Both the position numbers and the translations under genes were made by a program. Positions 1-10,333 of a stretch of DNA of 64,000 bases are shown here, piece by piece. Numbering within the stretch: the stretch's first letter is position 1; each line of letters starts with the position of its first letter. Source of the stretch: an uncultured Acidobacteriota bacterium (GTDB lineage: Bacteria; Acidobacteriota; Vicinamibacteria; Vicinamibacterales; UBA8438); contig CAJWLU010000003.1 in the NCBI GenBank assembly GCA_913043225.1, forward strand, positions 160,001 to 224,000, written 5' to 3'. The notes beneath the pieces were generated by a model. It was not told where the DNA came from. It saw nothing but the letters and a program-made list of their open reading frames with translations, and did no database searches.

Positions 1-472
1 CGTCAGACAGTTGTGGGAACGGTATCCCGGCGAGGCTGCCGGCCTGCGTCCAGGCGATGTGCTTCTGGCCCTCGACGGCACGCCGTTGCAAGACCTCGAT
101 GCCCTCCGTATTCTCGACGCTGATGCGGCACCCGGTCAGGAGGCGTTCAGCCTGGAACTCCGGCGGGGCCTCGAGACGTTGACGGTGTCGCTCCAGGCCC
201 GCGGACTCGACACGCGGTTGGATGTCGAAATGCCCGATGCTACCGGTCTGGTCTGGGAGGAAGCGGAGCTGGGCTACCCGGTGGCGTCCGTGCTGCCGGG
301 CACGCGGGCGGCCGATGCGGGGATTGAGCCAGGGGATCGGCTGCTACGTGTTGATCACCAGACTCCCGAGAGCCTAGACGCCGTCCGTGAGCTGCTGTCT
401 GTCGAAGGTGGCGGCCCTGCCTTCCTCGAGCTGAGCCGGGACGGGCGACGGTGGGGGCTTCTCCTGCCGTGA
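1..472 (+). CDS. PDZ-domain protein, 5'-truncated by the window edge
   Basis: Two PDZ-like segments (AAGLRPGDVLLALDG; AADAGIEPGDRLLRVD); the frame is open back to the window start. Confidence 0.75.
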   Translation, partial: VRQLWERYPGEAAGLRPGDVLLALDGTPLQDLDALRILDADAAPGQEAFSLELRRGLETLTVSLQARGLDTRLDVEMPDATGLVWEEAELGYPVASVLPGTRAADAGIEPGDRLLRVDHQTPESLDAVRELLSVEGGGPAFLELSRDGRRWGLLLP

Positions 473-515
473 GCACGCGCCCCTCGCAGCTCGCCGAAGC
501 GACGCCAGGACGTTC

Positions 516-1736
516 ATGGACGAACTGACGTCACTCGGGTTGATCCTGCTGCTGGCACTGCTGGCTGGGCATCTGGTGCGCTACGCCCACGTGCCGGAAG
601 TCACCGGGTACATCCTGGCCGGGGTGGCGCTTGGACCGTCGGTGCTGGGGTGGGTTAGTCATGAAAACCTAGCGGCGCTGCAGGTCCTCAGCGAGGTCGC
701 GCTCGGACTGATCCTGTTCTCGATCGGGTCGGTCTTCGAGTACTCGCTCTTTCGTCGGGCGGGGCGCCAGATTCTCTATCTAACCCTGATCGAATCGGTA
801 CTGGCCGCGGTCCTGGTAACCGGCGGCATGTTGCTGCTCGGGCTGCCCTGGCAGGTGGCCGGCCTGCTCGGGGCGGTCGCCATGGCTACCGCCCCGGCAT
901 CGACCCTGATGGTCATCCGAGAGGTGGACAGTCGGGGGCCGTTGACGGACAACCTGCTCGGGATTATCGCTGTCAACAACCTGTTCTGCATAACCGCCTA
1001 CAGCCTGGTCGCCGCCGCGATCGACCTGACCGATAATCTCGGCGGGGCCTTCTTGCCCACGCTGTATCGCTCGGTGTTTCCTTTTGTGTGGCAGTTGTTC
1101 GGGTCGGTCGCCCTCGGGTTCCTCGTGGGGTTGATGCTGGCCGGGTGGTCGCGACAGGTACGAGAGACGGGCGAGATGCTCATCCTGCTCGCCGGTTCGA
1201 TTCTGCTGTGTGTCGGGCTCTCGCGGTTGCTCGATCTGTCGCCGCTGGTCGCCAGCCTGGCCGTAGGTGCCACCATGGTGAATCTTGCGGCGCAGAGTCG
1301 GAAGCTGTTCGGGACGCTTGCCGGCACGGATCCGCCGTTCTATGCGATCTTCTTCGTCATTGCCGGCGCCGACCTCGACGTCAGCTTGGTTCCCACGATG
1401 GGAGCGGCCGGGCTGCTCTACATTGTCGCGCGCGCGCTCGGGAAGTTCATTGGGGCCCGCGTGGGTGCCCAGTGGCTCAGGCTCGGGCCTGCGGTTCGCC
1501 GCTATCTCGGTCTGGCACTGATGGCCCAGGCCGGCCTGGCGGTCGGGTTGACGCTCGCCATCGATGACCGGTTCGAGACCTACGCGCCTCAGGTGTCGAC
1601 GGTGGTGCTTGCGGCCGTCGTCATATACGAGATGATCGGTCCGATCGCCACCCGGTTCGCGCTGGTGCGCAGCGGGGAGTCGGCTATGTCTGGAGAAGGG
1701 CCGCGCGCGGTGTTCGAGGCGGGCGCCCGAGGCTGA
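516..1736 (+). CDS. Cation:proton antiporter (CPA2/Kef-type membrane domain)
   Basis: About 12 hydrophobic segments; PEVTGYILAGVALGPS and QAGLAVGL motifs. Confidence 0.85.
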   Translation: MDELTSLGLILLLALLAGHLVRYAHVPEVTGYILAGVALGPSVLGWVSHENLAALQVLSEVALGLILFSIGSVFEYSLFRRAGRQILYLTLIESVLAAVLVTGGMLLLGLPWQVAGLLGAVAMATAPASTLMVIREVDSRGPLTDNLLGIIAVNNLFCITAYSLVAAAIDLTDNLGGAFLPTLYRSVFPFVWQLFGSVALGFLVGLMLAGWSRQVRETGEMLILLAGSILLCVGLSRLLDLSPLVASLAVGATMVNLAAQSRKLFGTLAGTDPPFYAIFFVIAGADLDVSLVPTMGAAGLLYIVARALGKFIGARVGAQWLRLGPAVRRYLGLALMAQAGLAVGLTLAIDDRFETYAPQVSTVVLAAVVIYEMIGPIATRFALVRSGESAMSGEGPRAVFEAGARG

Positions 1737-1781
1737 TCCGTCCGCGCCTATCTACCACCCTGAAGGAGTACTGCCCGACTC

Positions 1782-2957
1782 ATGTCCGACCATCGCGCCT
1801 TGCAGCGTATCGCCGATTTCGACCTGACCGACACCCAACGCCAGGTGCGCGCCGCAGTGCGCGAGTTCGCCGAACGGGAGATTCTGCCGACGGTCGAGGA
1901 GCATGAGGAGGCGAGGCGTTACCCGCGTGCGCTGATCGAGCAGCTGGCTCCCCTGGGCTATCTGGCGCCGTTGATTCCGGAGGAGTACGGTGGCTCCTTC
2001 AGCGACGTGGTCACCTACGGCATCGTCTGCGAAGAGCTCGCTCGGGTGGACTGGGTGGTCGCGTCGGCCGTGTCGGTCGCCAACTCCCTGGTCGGCAGTT
2101 CGATCCTTGAGTTCGGGACCGAGGAGCAGCGTCAGCGTTTTCTCCCCCGACTTGCCCGGGGCGAGATTCTCGCCTCGGCCTGTCTGACCGAGCCGGGAGG
2201 AGGGACGGACCTCGCGGGCATGCGCACCCGGGCTCGACCCGATGGGGAGGGCTGGCGCCTCAGCGGAAGTAAGGTGTTCATCTCCCATGCTGCCGAAGCC
2301 GGGGTCTTTTTGATCGCCGCGACCGTCGCTCCCGAGAAGGCGCATCGCGGGGTCACCATGTTCCTGCTCGATCCGGCCGTCGACGGAATCCAGATTAATC
2401 CGCTTCCGATGCGGACCCTGCAGCGGGACAACATCGCCGAGGTGCACTTCGATGACGTTCGGCTCGGGCCCGACGCTGTCTTGGGAAAGCCTGGCCGGGG
2501 CTTCCCGATCCTCGGCGCGGCTCTCGACACTGGCCGCTTTTCGGTGGCGGCGCGGTGTATCGGTCAGGCGCAGCGCGCGGTCGATCTTTCCTTGCCCTAC
2601 GCTCGCGAGCGGGAGGCTTTCGGGCAGCCGATCGGCGAGTTCCAGATGGTGCAACAGAAGATCGCCGACATGATCTGCCGGACCGAGGCGGCGCGAGCGC
2701 TGGTCTATCGTCTAGGACGAATGAAAGACGCGGGGCTCGAACGCTGCTCCATGGAGGCGTCGATGGCGAAGCTGATGGCGAGTGAGGCAGCCACGCAGAA
2801 CGCACTCGACGCTATCCAGATCTTCGGTGGCTACGGATTTTCGTCAGAGTATGAGGTGGGACGGTTGCTCCTCGAAGCGAAGACACTCGAGGTTGGAGAG
2901 GGAACCAGCGAGCTCCATCGCAAGCTGATCGCGGAGTTTGGTTTGGGGCTGCGCTGA
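1782..2957 (+). CDS. Acyl-CoA dehydrogenase
   Basis: CLTEPGGGTD, GSKVFIS, REAFGQPIGEFQMVQ, IQIFGGYG, EGTSE motifs. Confidence 0.93.
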   Translation: MSDHRALQRIADFDLTDTQRQVRAAVREFAEREILPTVEEHEEARRYPRALIEQLAPLGYLAPLIPEEYGGSFSDVVTYGIVCEELARVDWVVASAVSVANSLVGSSILEFGTEEQRQRFLPRLARGEILASACLTEPGGGTDLAGMRTRARPDGEGWRLSGSKVFISHAAEAGVFLIAATVAPEKAHRGVTMFLLDPAVDGIQINPLPMRTLQRDNIAEVHFDDVRLGPDAVLGKPGRGFPILGAALDTGRFSVAARCIGQAQRAVDLSLPYAREREAFGQPIGEFQMVQQKIADMICRTEAARALVYRLGRMKDAGLERCSMEASMAKLMASEAATQNALDAIQIFGGYGFSSEYEVGRLLLEAKTLEVGEGTSELHRKLIAEFGLGLR

Positions 2958-2997
2958 CAGCGGCTAGGCGGCGGGCGGCTCACCCTCTTGGACCGCC

Positions 2998-3198
2998 TTC
3001 GCCGCGATCGATTGGTTGGCCACACGGACCCGGTTCGCACACGTTGTCCTCGACCACCCGCTCGAGCATTCCCGATTCACGAAGGTTGATGTGCTTTCGT
3101 CCCCGCACTGTGGCCAGTATTTCTGGGCGCAGTCGCTCGCCAAGCCCAATGATGACGTCGTGGCCTGGCTGGCTGCCGCCTATCGCCAGAGCAGCTGA
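2998..3198 (+). pseudogene. Remnant of a DUF5655-like protein (C-terminal part only)
   Basis: Fragments RRDRLVGH and HVVLDHPLEHSRFTKV...DDVVAWLAAAY lie in different frames; no intact N-terminus. Confidence 0.4.
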
Positions 3199-3242
3199 CC
3201 TGTCCCCCCGGTCCCCCACCCGCGCCGTGGTACGATCCCGGC

Positions 3243-3773
3243 ATGATCCGATTCGGTCTGGTAAGCGCCGCCCTGTCTCTGCTCTATCCGACGGTGGCAT
3301 TCGCGCAGCCGACCCTGCGCTATGAGACGCCGACGGAATGGACCGAGTCGCCCTCTCGGTCGCCGATGCGAGTCACCCAGTTCATCCTGCCACGGGTACC
3401 GGGAGATCCGGAGGACGCGGAACTGGTGGTCTTTTACTTTGGCGGCGCGGGCGGAAGTGTCGACGCGAACCTTCAGCGCTGGATCGGGCAGATGGAACAG
3501 CCTGACGGCCGCTCCTCGTTCGAGGCGGCGGCGACCATCGGCTTCGATGCCGATGGTCTGGCGGTGACGCTGCTCGAGGTGCCAGGGACCTATGTGGCGG
3601 CTGTCCGACCCGGCTCGACCGAGCGCTTCAACAAGCCGGACTACCGACTGATGGCGGCCGTCGTCGAATCACCCGCTGGCCCGTATTTCTTCAAGCTCGT
3701 CGGACCCGACCGCACTGTGGAGCGGTGGGACGAGGTGTTCACGTCGTTTCTCAGGAACGTGCGCGTCGAATGA
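3243..3773 (+). CDS. Exported hypothetical protein
   Basis: Signal peptide ending VAFA-Q; FYFGGAGGSVDANLQRWIGQ and GPYFFKLVGP segments. Confidence 0.75.
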   Translation: MIRFGLVSAALSLLYPTVAFAQPTLRYETPTEWTESPSRSPMRVTQFILPRVPGDPEDAELVVFYFGGAGGSVDANLQRWIGQMEQPDGRSSFEAAATIGFDADGLAVTLLEVPGTYVAAVRPGSTERFNKPDYRLMAAVVESPAGPYFFKLVGPDRTVERWDEVFTSFLRNVRVE

Positions 3774-3777
3774 TCGA

Positions 3778-4193
3778 ATGATCGCAATCCGGCGAAAGAA
3801 GGTGGACACCTCGAGGCAGGACGATGTCCACGATTTCACGAAGGTGGTCGGTCGGATCGTGGTTGGGTCCGGGTGTTGGTTCGGCTTGGCGACGGTGAGC
3901 ATTGTCGGCTCCACCGTGGCCCTGACCACCATCGAGTATGAGCCGGGCGCGGTTGCCGACTTCAACGGTCTGTTTGAGACCCTGGCGCCTCCGGACGTGC
4001 ACGATGCTTATCACGAACGCTGGAGCGACGACAACGGGTCCAGCCACGTGCGCGCGGCGCTTGTGGGGCCATCGCTCAGCTGCCGTTCGAAGACGTTCAG
4101 CTCATGCTGGGTACGTGGCAAGAGATCATCCGCTTCGAATGTGACACTCGACTTCGCCAGCAACCATTGGGCGTACAGGTGATGGGCGAGTAG
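3778..4193 (+). pseudogene. yjbQ: YjbQ/UPF0047 family protein, frameshifted near 4081
   Basis: DDNGSSHVRAALVGPSLS in one frame; conserved C-terminus PFEDVQLMLGTWQEIIRFECD...VQVMGE* continues in another frame to TAG at 4191-4193. Confidence 0.8.
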
Positions 4194-4206
4194 GCTGGGC
4201 GCGAGC

Positions 4207-5523
4207 ATGCTCGATTTTCAGAAATACACGCTGGACAACGGTCTCGATGTCATCCTCCATGAGGACCACCGGTGTCCGATCGTGGCGGTCAACCTGTGGT
4301 ATCACGTCGGGTCCAAGAATGAGCGGCCCGGGCGCACGGGATTGGCGCACCTGTTCGAGCACTTGATGTTCGAGGGGTCCGCGCACCACGACAGCGGGTT
4401 CTTCGAGCCGCTGCAAAAGGCGGGCGGCGCCCTCAACGGGTCGACTAACTGCGACCGCACCAACTACTGGGAGGTGGTGCCGGCCGAGGCGCTGGAGCTC
4501 GCCCTCTGGTTGGAGTCTGATCGGATGGGGCACCTCTTGCCGGCTTTGACCCAGGAGAAGTTCGACAACCAACGGGATGTCGTTATTAACGAGCGGCGGC
4601 AGCGCTACGAGAACCGGCCCTACGGGATGGTGTCGATGGCCCTGATGGCCGCGTTGTTTCCGCCCGCTCATCCCTATCACTGGACCACCATCGGCGAAAC
4701 CGCGGATCTGCGGGCCGCCACCCTCGATGATGCTCGCGATTTCTTCGAGCGCTACTACCATCCTGCCAACGCGTCGCTGACGGTGGCTGGCGACATCGAC
4801 CCCGACGCGACCCTGGCGCTCGCGCAGCGGTACTTCTCCCCGCTGCCGACGGCCGCCGAGCCGCCGACGCTGACGCCACCTTTTGACCAGAACTCATTCG
4901 ACGCCGAGTTGGGCAGGCGTCTCCTGCTCGAGGACCGGGTGGAGCTGCCTCGTCTCTACCTGGCCTGGCGGACCCCGGCGCTCTTTGCTGCGGGAGATGC
5001 GGGACTCGACATGTTGGCGGAGGTACTGAGCGGCGGCAAGACTTCCCGCCTGTATCGGCGCCTGGTCCACGAAGAACGCGTGGCCACCGACGTTTCAGCC
5101 GTGCAGGGCTCGCGCGAGCTGGACGGGTGGTTCTCGATCACCGCCACCGCCGCGCCGGGGCGACGGCTGACCGAGCTTGATGAGATCATCGGCGAAGAGC
5201 TCGGGCGTCTCGTGGCGGATGGGCCGACCGACGATGAGATCGAGCGGGGATTGGCCCAGGTGGATGCGCAATTTGTGTATCGGCTACAGACTGTTGGAGG
5301 GTTCAACGGCCGGTCTGATCAGTTAAACGCCTACAACGTCTACACCGGCGATCCGGGCTTCATGTCGAGGGATCGTGCGAGGTACTCGGATTCTACGCCG
5401 GCGGCGGTGCGGATGCTGGCCGATCGCTGGCTGACGTCGTCCGGCCGCGTTGCGCTGAGCGTCGTGCCCGAGGGCGCGGCAGCGGATGCGTTGCACGGCT
5501 CGATCCCGGCGGTAGTGTCGTGA
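4207..5523 (+). CDS. M16 family zinc peptidase, catalytic subunit
   Basis: YHVGSKNE...GLAHLFEHLMF (HxxEH). Confidence 0.93.
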   Translation: MLDFQKYTLDNGLDVILHEDHRCPIVAVNLWYHVGSKNERPGRTGLAHLFEHLMFEGSAHHDSGFFEPLQKAGGALNGSTNCDRTNYWEVVPAEALELALWLESDRMGHLLPALTQEKFDNQRDVVINERRQRYENRPYGMVSMALMAALFPPAHPYHWTTIGETADLRAATLDDARDFFERYYHPANASLTVAGDIDPDATLALAQRYFSPLPTAAEPPTLTPPFDQNSFDAELGRRLLLEDRVELPRLYLAWRTPALFAAGDAGLDMLAEVLSGGKTSRLYRRLVHEERVATDVSAVQGSRELDGWFSITATAAPGRRLTELDEIIGEELGRLVADGPTDDEIERGLAQVDAQFVYRLQTVGGFNGRSDQLNAYNVYTGDPGFMSRDRARYSDSTPAAVRMLADRWLTSSGRVALSVVPEGAAADALHGSIPAVVS

Positions 5524-6893
5524 CCACTGCGGTAGACCGCACACGGCTGCCCGTGCCAGGCAATCCGCCCTTGGTCCGTTTCCCGTCGGCCAGGGTTGCA
5601 CGTCTACCTTCGGGTTTGGGCCTCCGCACGGTCGAGCATCCCGGCCCGCCGGTCGTGACCTGTGCGTTGAGTGTGCCGGTCGGGTCAGCGTCTGATCCCG
5701 TTGACCATCCCGGCCTTGTAGCGCTCACGGCGGACCTCTTCGACGACGGGAGCGTTAAGCGACCGTCGCTGGAACTCCACGGGGCGCTCGATCGGATCGG
5801 TGCCAGGCTGGGGACCGAGGTCGGCACCGACTCGACGACCGTTTCGCTGACGACGCTTAGCCAATACGCCGTCGAGGGCCTGCGGTTGCTGGCTGAGATC
5901 GTTTCTCAGCCCCGCTTCGACCCCCTCGACGTAGAGCGGGTGCGCGACCTCCGCCGCAGCCGTCTCCGACAACTGAAGACCGTGCCAGGCGCAGTCGCGG
6001 ACCGCCTGTTTCTTGAGACGATCTTCGGTCCGCATCCCTACGGCCATCTGGGTCTCGGCACCGACGAGGCGCTCGCGTCCATGGCGGCCGGGCTGGTGCG
6101 CGACTTCCATGGGGAAGCGTTCCGCCTCGGACCGGCAACCCTAGTCGTAGTAGGGGCGCTGTCGCATGAGGAGGCGGCGTCGGTGGCGGCCAAGGCCTTC
6201 ACCGACGTGCCGGCGGTTCCCGCGACAACGGTCGTCGTTGATGCGGCGGCCGTCCCGGCGCCGCCCGCGCCGGCGGGCCGTCTGTTCGTCGTCGATCGGC
6301 CAGGCGCCGTGCAGACCGAGCTGCGCATCGGTCATCTGGGTGTCCGGCGGTTGACGCCGGACTATCACGCATTGCTTGCGCTCAATATGGTGCTGGGCGG
6401 GCAGTTCACCAGCCGGTTAAACCAGCGCCTTCGGGAAGATCGGGGCTATACCTACGGCGTTAGGACGTCGTTCGATTGCCGACGAGCGCCCGGTCCCTTC
6501 TCCATGGACGGGAGTGTCCAGTCAGATGCGACGGTCGAGACCGTGACGGAAGTACTGGGTGAGATGTCCGGTATTGGTCGAGACCGACCGGTGACGGCTG
6601 ACGAGCTAGCGCTGGCTAGAGCGGCACTGACGCGGGGGTTCGCGCGCGGGTTTGAGACCGCGGGGCAAGTGGCCCGGGGGCTGACCCGCCTTCTGATCCA
6701 GCAATTGCCGCCAGACTACTACGACACTTTCGTGCCCCTGGTCGCAGGGGTTGACGAGGCCGCCGTGACCGAGGCGGCTCTGACCCACCTCCGGCCGGAA
6801 GAGGCCGTCGTGGTCGCGGTCGGGCCGGTCGAGCAGTTTGGCGCCGGGCTCGAGACGCTTGGACTCGGGCCGCTTCAGGTTGTCGACGCCTAA
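5520..6893 (+). CDS. M16 family peptidase, non-catalytic partner subunit
   Basis: Lacks HxxEH; has SRLNQRLREDRGYTYG (R/Y motif); GTGA overlap with the upstream M16 gene. Confidence 0.9.
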   Translation: MTTAVDRTRLPVPGNPPLVRFPSARVARLPSGLGLRTVEHPGPPVVTCALSVPVGSASDPVDHPGLVALTADLFDDGSVKRPSLELHGALDRIGARLGTEVGTDSTTVSLTTLSQYAVEGLRLLAEIVSQPRFDPLDVERVRDLRRSRLRQLKTVPGAVADRLFLETIFGPHPYGHLGLGTDEALASMAAGLVRDFHGEAFRLGPATLVVVGALSHEEAASVAAKAFTDVPAVPATTVVVDAAAVPAPPAPAGRLFVVDRPGAVQTELRIGHLGVRRLTPDYHALLALNMVLGGQFTSRLNQRLREDRGYTYGVRTSFDCRRAPGPFSMDGSVQSDATVETVTEVLGEMSGIGRDRPVTADELALARAALTRGFARGFETAGQVARGLTRLLIQQLPPDYYDTFVPLVAGVDEAAVTEAALTHLRPEEAVVVAVGPVEQFGAGLETLGLGPLQVVDA

Positions 6894-6923
6894 TTCGCGC
6901 CATAATCTGGTCTGGTCTCAGGC

Positions 6924-7175
6924 ATGCAGGCCATTCGCTTTCACGAGCACGGCGGCATTGATGTCCTGAAGCTGGAGGACATTCCAGATCCCTCTCCCGT
7001 GCCAGGAGAGGGACTGGTCGAGGTGCGGACCTGTGCCCTCAACTATCTCGCTTTCTGGCAGCGCCGGGGTATCCACGGGGTCCGTCTTCCGCATATCGTC
7101 AGCAGCGACATCGCCGGGGTCGTGCGCCGAGCCCAGTTCGGCAAGGGCTTGCTCGACGTTGGGGAAAGCCGTTGA
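6924..7175 (+). pseudogene. MDR-family (quinone oxidoreductase/alcohol dehydrogenase) gene with a large internal deletion
   Basis: N-terminus MQAIRFHEHGGIDVLKLEDIPDP...LPHIVSSDIAGVV is joined directly to a C-terminal-like QFGKGLLDV; 83 aa versus about 330 expected. Confidence 0.75.
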
Positions 7176-7215
7176 GCTGCTAGCTCTGTCAAGTCTGCTG
7201 GGGATCCAGCCGGTC

Positions 7216-7419
7216 ATGAGTCTGACCAGAATAGGAATGAGCGTCGCGGGAGCCGTGGGCATCATTGCGGCCACGCTTGCTGCGGCGACGATCTGGCTCT
7301 TGCTGACCGATCCGGTCACCGTGGCCGATGCGGTGAACGAGCAGGACGTTACCCCGTTCGTGCGCCAGTTGGCGCGCGTCCTCTATGACGCCGTGATCCG
7401 AATCGCCAGATACCTGTAA
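7216..7419 (+). CDS. Small membrane protein (67 aa)
   Basis: ATG at 7216; one TM helix followed by an amphipathic helix; fills the intergenic space. Confidence 0.65.
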   Translation: MSLTRIGMSVAGAVGIIAATLAAATIWLLLTDPVTVADAVNEQDVTPFVRQLARVLYDAVIRIARYL

Positions 7420-7436
7420 GCGCGCCGTGATGCTCG

Positions 7437-8441
7437 CTACAGGTGGTTCCGCAAGAACGTCACTAGCGCGTACCCATCCATCCATTTAAATGGCGCCTTA
7501 CCGGTGGTGTAGTGGCCGCATGGCAGCACTGTCACATCGTGATTGATGCCTCGCGCCGCGAAGTCGGCAATCAGCTGCTCGGAGAGTTTGACCGGGAAGG
7601 ACAGGTCGTAGCGCGCATAGACGAGCAGCACCGAGCGGGTGCCGAGACGGTCGATGTAGGGATGCGGGCTGATCGGGAGCCAGAGCCGTCGCAGGAGTTC
7701 GAGATCGATGGGGCCGTCCAAGCCGGCGCGGACGTGCGCCGTCGACAAGCCCTCCCAGACCACGTCGGCAAAGAACGGGGAAATGTGATTGAGCGCTGCC
7801 GCCCGCACGAGCGGTTCGTGCGCCGCAGCGAGCATGGCGAGACAGGAGCCGAGGCTGGTGCCCAGGATACCGATCCGCTCGTAGCCCTGTGAGGCCAGCC
7901 ATCCGATGGCTCGGCGCGCGTCGAGGACGGCCTGCCGGTTGACCTGCAGCGTCCGTCCGATGTTCGGGCTGACGATATAGTCCGCCCGGACCAACTCCGG
8001 CGGCATCCGGCTGTCGTGATACGGAAGGCTCAGTCGGAGCGCGCTGATCCCGACCCGGGCCAGCAGTTGGCACAGGCCCACATGGCCCTCCTCGTCCGAA
8101 TTCCACTGCGGCAGCACCAACGTCGCCCGACGCGGACTGTCCCCTTGTTCGGCCGGGAAGTAGCGGGCCGCGACAGTGTTGTTCTCGGCGTGCGGCGTGA
8201 TCAGTGCGGTCGGGAAGAGGAGGGTGTCGCCGTCCAGCGTATAGTCCTCGCAGGACGGGGCTGAGAACCAGTTCGGATTGGCGAGCGCGGCATCGGACCA
8301 GGCCCTCACCCGTTCATCCGGTGCTCCACCGACGGGAGCCCCGTCGAGCCAGTCGAGTCCCCACTCGAACGGCCGCACCACGCGGTTGGTGTCGACAGCG
8401 AGCAGCCGGCGTTCCCAGGCGTGGAAGAATCGAGCGATCAT
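7437..8441 (-). CDS. Alpha/beta hydrolase (ABHD18/DUF2048-like)
   Basis: GTSLG nucleophile elbow; C-terminal PCGHY. Confidence 0.8.
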   Translation of the reverse strand: MIARFFHAWERRLLAVDTNRVVRPFEWGLDWLDGAPVGGAPDERVRAWSDAALANPNWFSAPSCEDYTLDGDTLLFPTALITPHAENNTVAARYFPAEQGDSPRRATLVLPQWNSDEEGHVGLCQLLARVGISALRLSLPYHDSRMPPELVRADYIVSPNIGRTLQVNRQAVLDARRAIGWLASQGYERIGILGTSLGSCLAMLAAAHEPLVRAAALNHISPFFADVVWEGLSTAHVRAGLDGPIDLELLRRLWLPISPHPYIDRLGTRSVLLVYARYDLSFPVKLSEQLIADFAARGINHDVTVLPCGHYTTGKAPFKWMDGYALVTFLRNHL

Positions 8442-8543
8442 CCCAAAGCGTCGTCGGCGACCAGCCGACGCATCATCTTACTCGTCAGCGCCGTCGACCG
8501 CGATGGGGACGGCCAGCGGTCGGCGCCGTTGTAGCATGGGACC

Positions 8544-8993
8544 ATGAGTATGAAACATGTCGGCGTCCAAGAGGCGCGCCAGATGCAGTCCGAGGGCGGC
8601 TACACCTATGTGGATGTCCGCTCCGTGACGGAATACGAACAGGGACATGCCGAGGGAGCCCACAACGTCCCGCTTCTGCACCGGGACGCTCAGACTGGGC
8701 AGATGGCGCCGAACGTAGATTTCCTGGTAGTCATGCAGGCCAACTACGCCAGTGACGCCAAGCTTCTGATCGGGTGCCAGGTGGGGGGACGTTCCGCACG
8801 GGCTGCGCAGCTGCTTGCCGCCCAGGGCTATACCGACGTCGTCAACGTTAAGGGGGGCTTCGGCGGGTACCGCGATCCGGCGACCGGGCAGGTCGTCGAC
8901 GAGGGGTGGGCGCCGGCGGGGCTGCCGGTCGAGAGCGGCGACTCGGACGCGGCCGGATACGAGGCGCTTCGCACGAAAGCAGGCGGGTCGTAG
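8544..8993 (+). CDS. Rhodanese-like domain protein
   Basis: YVDVRSVTEYEQGHAEGAHNVP; CQVGGRS active-site loop. Confidence 0.9.
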   Translation: MSMKHVGVQEARQMQSEGGYTYVDVRSVTEYEQGHAEGAHNVPLLHRDAQTGQMAPNVDFLVVMQANYASDAKLLIGCQVGGRSARAAQLLAAQGYTDVVNVKGGFGGYRDPATGQVVDEGWAPAGLPVESGDSDAAGYEALRTKAGGS

Positions 8994-8995
8994 CG

Positions 8996-10333
8996 CTAGC
9001 CGAGGACGGCCTCGCACGCCTCGGCCACCGCCAGGAGTTGGTCGGTCTGATGCCGACGGCCCACCAACTGGAGCCCGACCGGCAACCCGTCTGGTGTCGT
9101 ACCGCAGGGAATCGACACGGCGGGATGGCCCGTGGCGTTGAACAGCTGCGTCAGCCGGAGCATGGCGTTCCGGAGCGGCTCGCGTGTCGCTCCGAAGTCG
9201 ACCGCCTCCGTGCCGAGCCTGTGGGCGGGGATGGCCAGGGCCGGCAGCGCCAGTGCCGACTGGCCCTTGAGCGCCGCGTCAACCGCCGCCGTCAGGACCT
9301 GTCGGCCTCGTTCGGCGCGGACGTAGTCCTCGGCCTGTATATACCGACCTAGTTCGAGTCGGAGACGGACCCCCTGCGTGTAGTCCTCAGGCTGGTGTTC
9401 CAGTCCCTCGGCATGCATGGCTGCCGCCTCGGCGAGTACGAGGTGCAGACACACGACGGCGGTATCGGCCGCATGTGCGATCGGGGTGTCGGTGACCAGC
9501 CAGCCGGCGTCGGTGAGGCGGGTCAGCGCCTGTTCGGTCACCACCCGCACGGACGTATCGAGCAGATCGAAGAAGTACGGCCTAGGACACCCAAGTCGCC
9601 CAGTGGTCGGTTTCCCGAGTATGGGGCTCGGGCTCTTGTCACGGATAGCATGGTAGACGATGCGGGCGTCGGCCACCGAGCGAGTAAGCGGACCGACGTG
9701 GTCGAGGCTTGGCGCCAGCGGGATGACCCCGGCGCAGGTGATCTCGCCAGCCGTGGGTTTGAGTCCGACCAGGCCGCATGCTGCTGCGGGAATTCTCACC
9801 GAGCCCCCGGTGTCGGTGCCGAGCGATGCGAACGCGAGACCCGCGGCGACAGAAACCGCGGACCCGCTGCTCGAACCGCCTGGTGAGCGCTTCGTATCGA
9901 GCGGATGGAGGGTGGGGCCGAACGCCGAGTCCTCGCCGGTCGTGCCGAAGGCGAACTCGTGCAGATTGCAGGTCCCCAGCACCACCGCCCCGGCGGCGCG
10001 TAGCTTTGCCACGACCGGCGCGTCGTCTGGGCTAGGAGTCCTCGCCGTCAATGCAGACGCTGCCGTGGTCGGCGCTCCGGCCACCCGGAACAAATCCTTC
10101 ACCGAGACTGGGATACCGTGCAGCGGACCCCTGTAGTGCCCGTCTGCGATCTCGCGAGCCGCTGTCTCCGCCTCTGCCAGGGCCTGTTCCGGGAGCAAGG
10201 TGGTGAAGGCGTTAAGTGGACTGGCAGCGGCTCGCGCCAGTAATTGCTCGGTCAGCGCGACGGGGGACACCTCACCGCCGGCTAGCGCCGGCGCCAGTTC
10301 ACGAATCTGCCGATGATTCCAAGCGTCGCTCAT
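8996..10333 (-). CDS. Amidase (amidase signature family)
   Basis: GPLHGIPVSVKD, PGGSSSGS, LGTDTGGSVRIPAA. Confidence 0.93.
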   Translation of the reverse strand: MSDAWNHRQIRELAPALAGGEVSPVALTEQLLARAAASPLNAFTTLLPEQALAEAETAAREIADGHYRGPLHGIPVSVKDLFRVAGAPTTAASALTARTPSPDDAPVVAKLRAAGAVVLGTCNLHEFAFGTTGEDSAFGPTLHPLDTKRSPGGSSSGSAVSVAAGLAFASLGTDTGGSVRIPAAACGLVGLKPTAGEITCAGVIPLAPSLDHVGPLTRSVADARIVYHAIRDKSPSPILGKPTTGRLGCPRPYFFDLLDTSVRVVTEQALTRLTDAGWLVTDTPIAHAADTAVVCLHLVLAEAAAMHAEGLEHQPEDYTQGVRLRLELGRYIQAEDYVRAERGRQVLTAAVDAALKGQSALALPALAIPAHRLGTEAVDFGATREPLRNAMLRLTQLFNATGHPAVSIPCGTTPDGLPVGLQLVGRRHQTDQLLAVAEACEAVLG

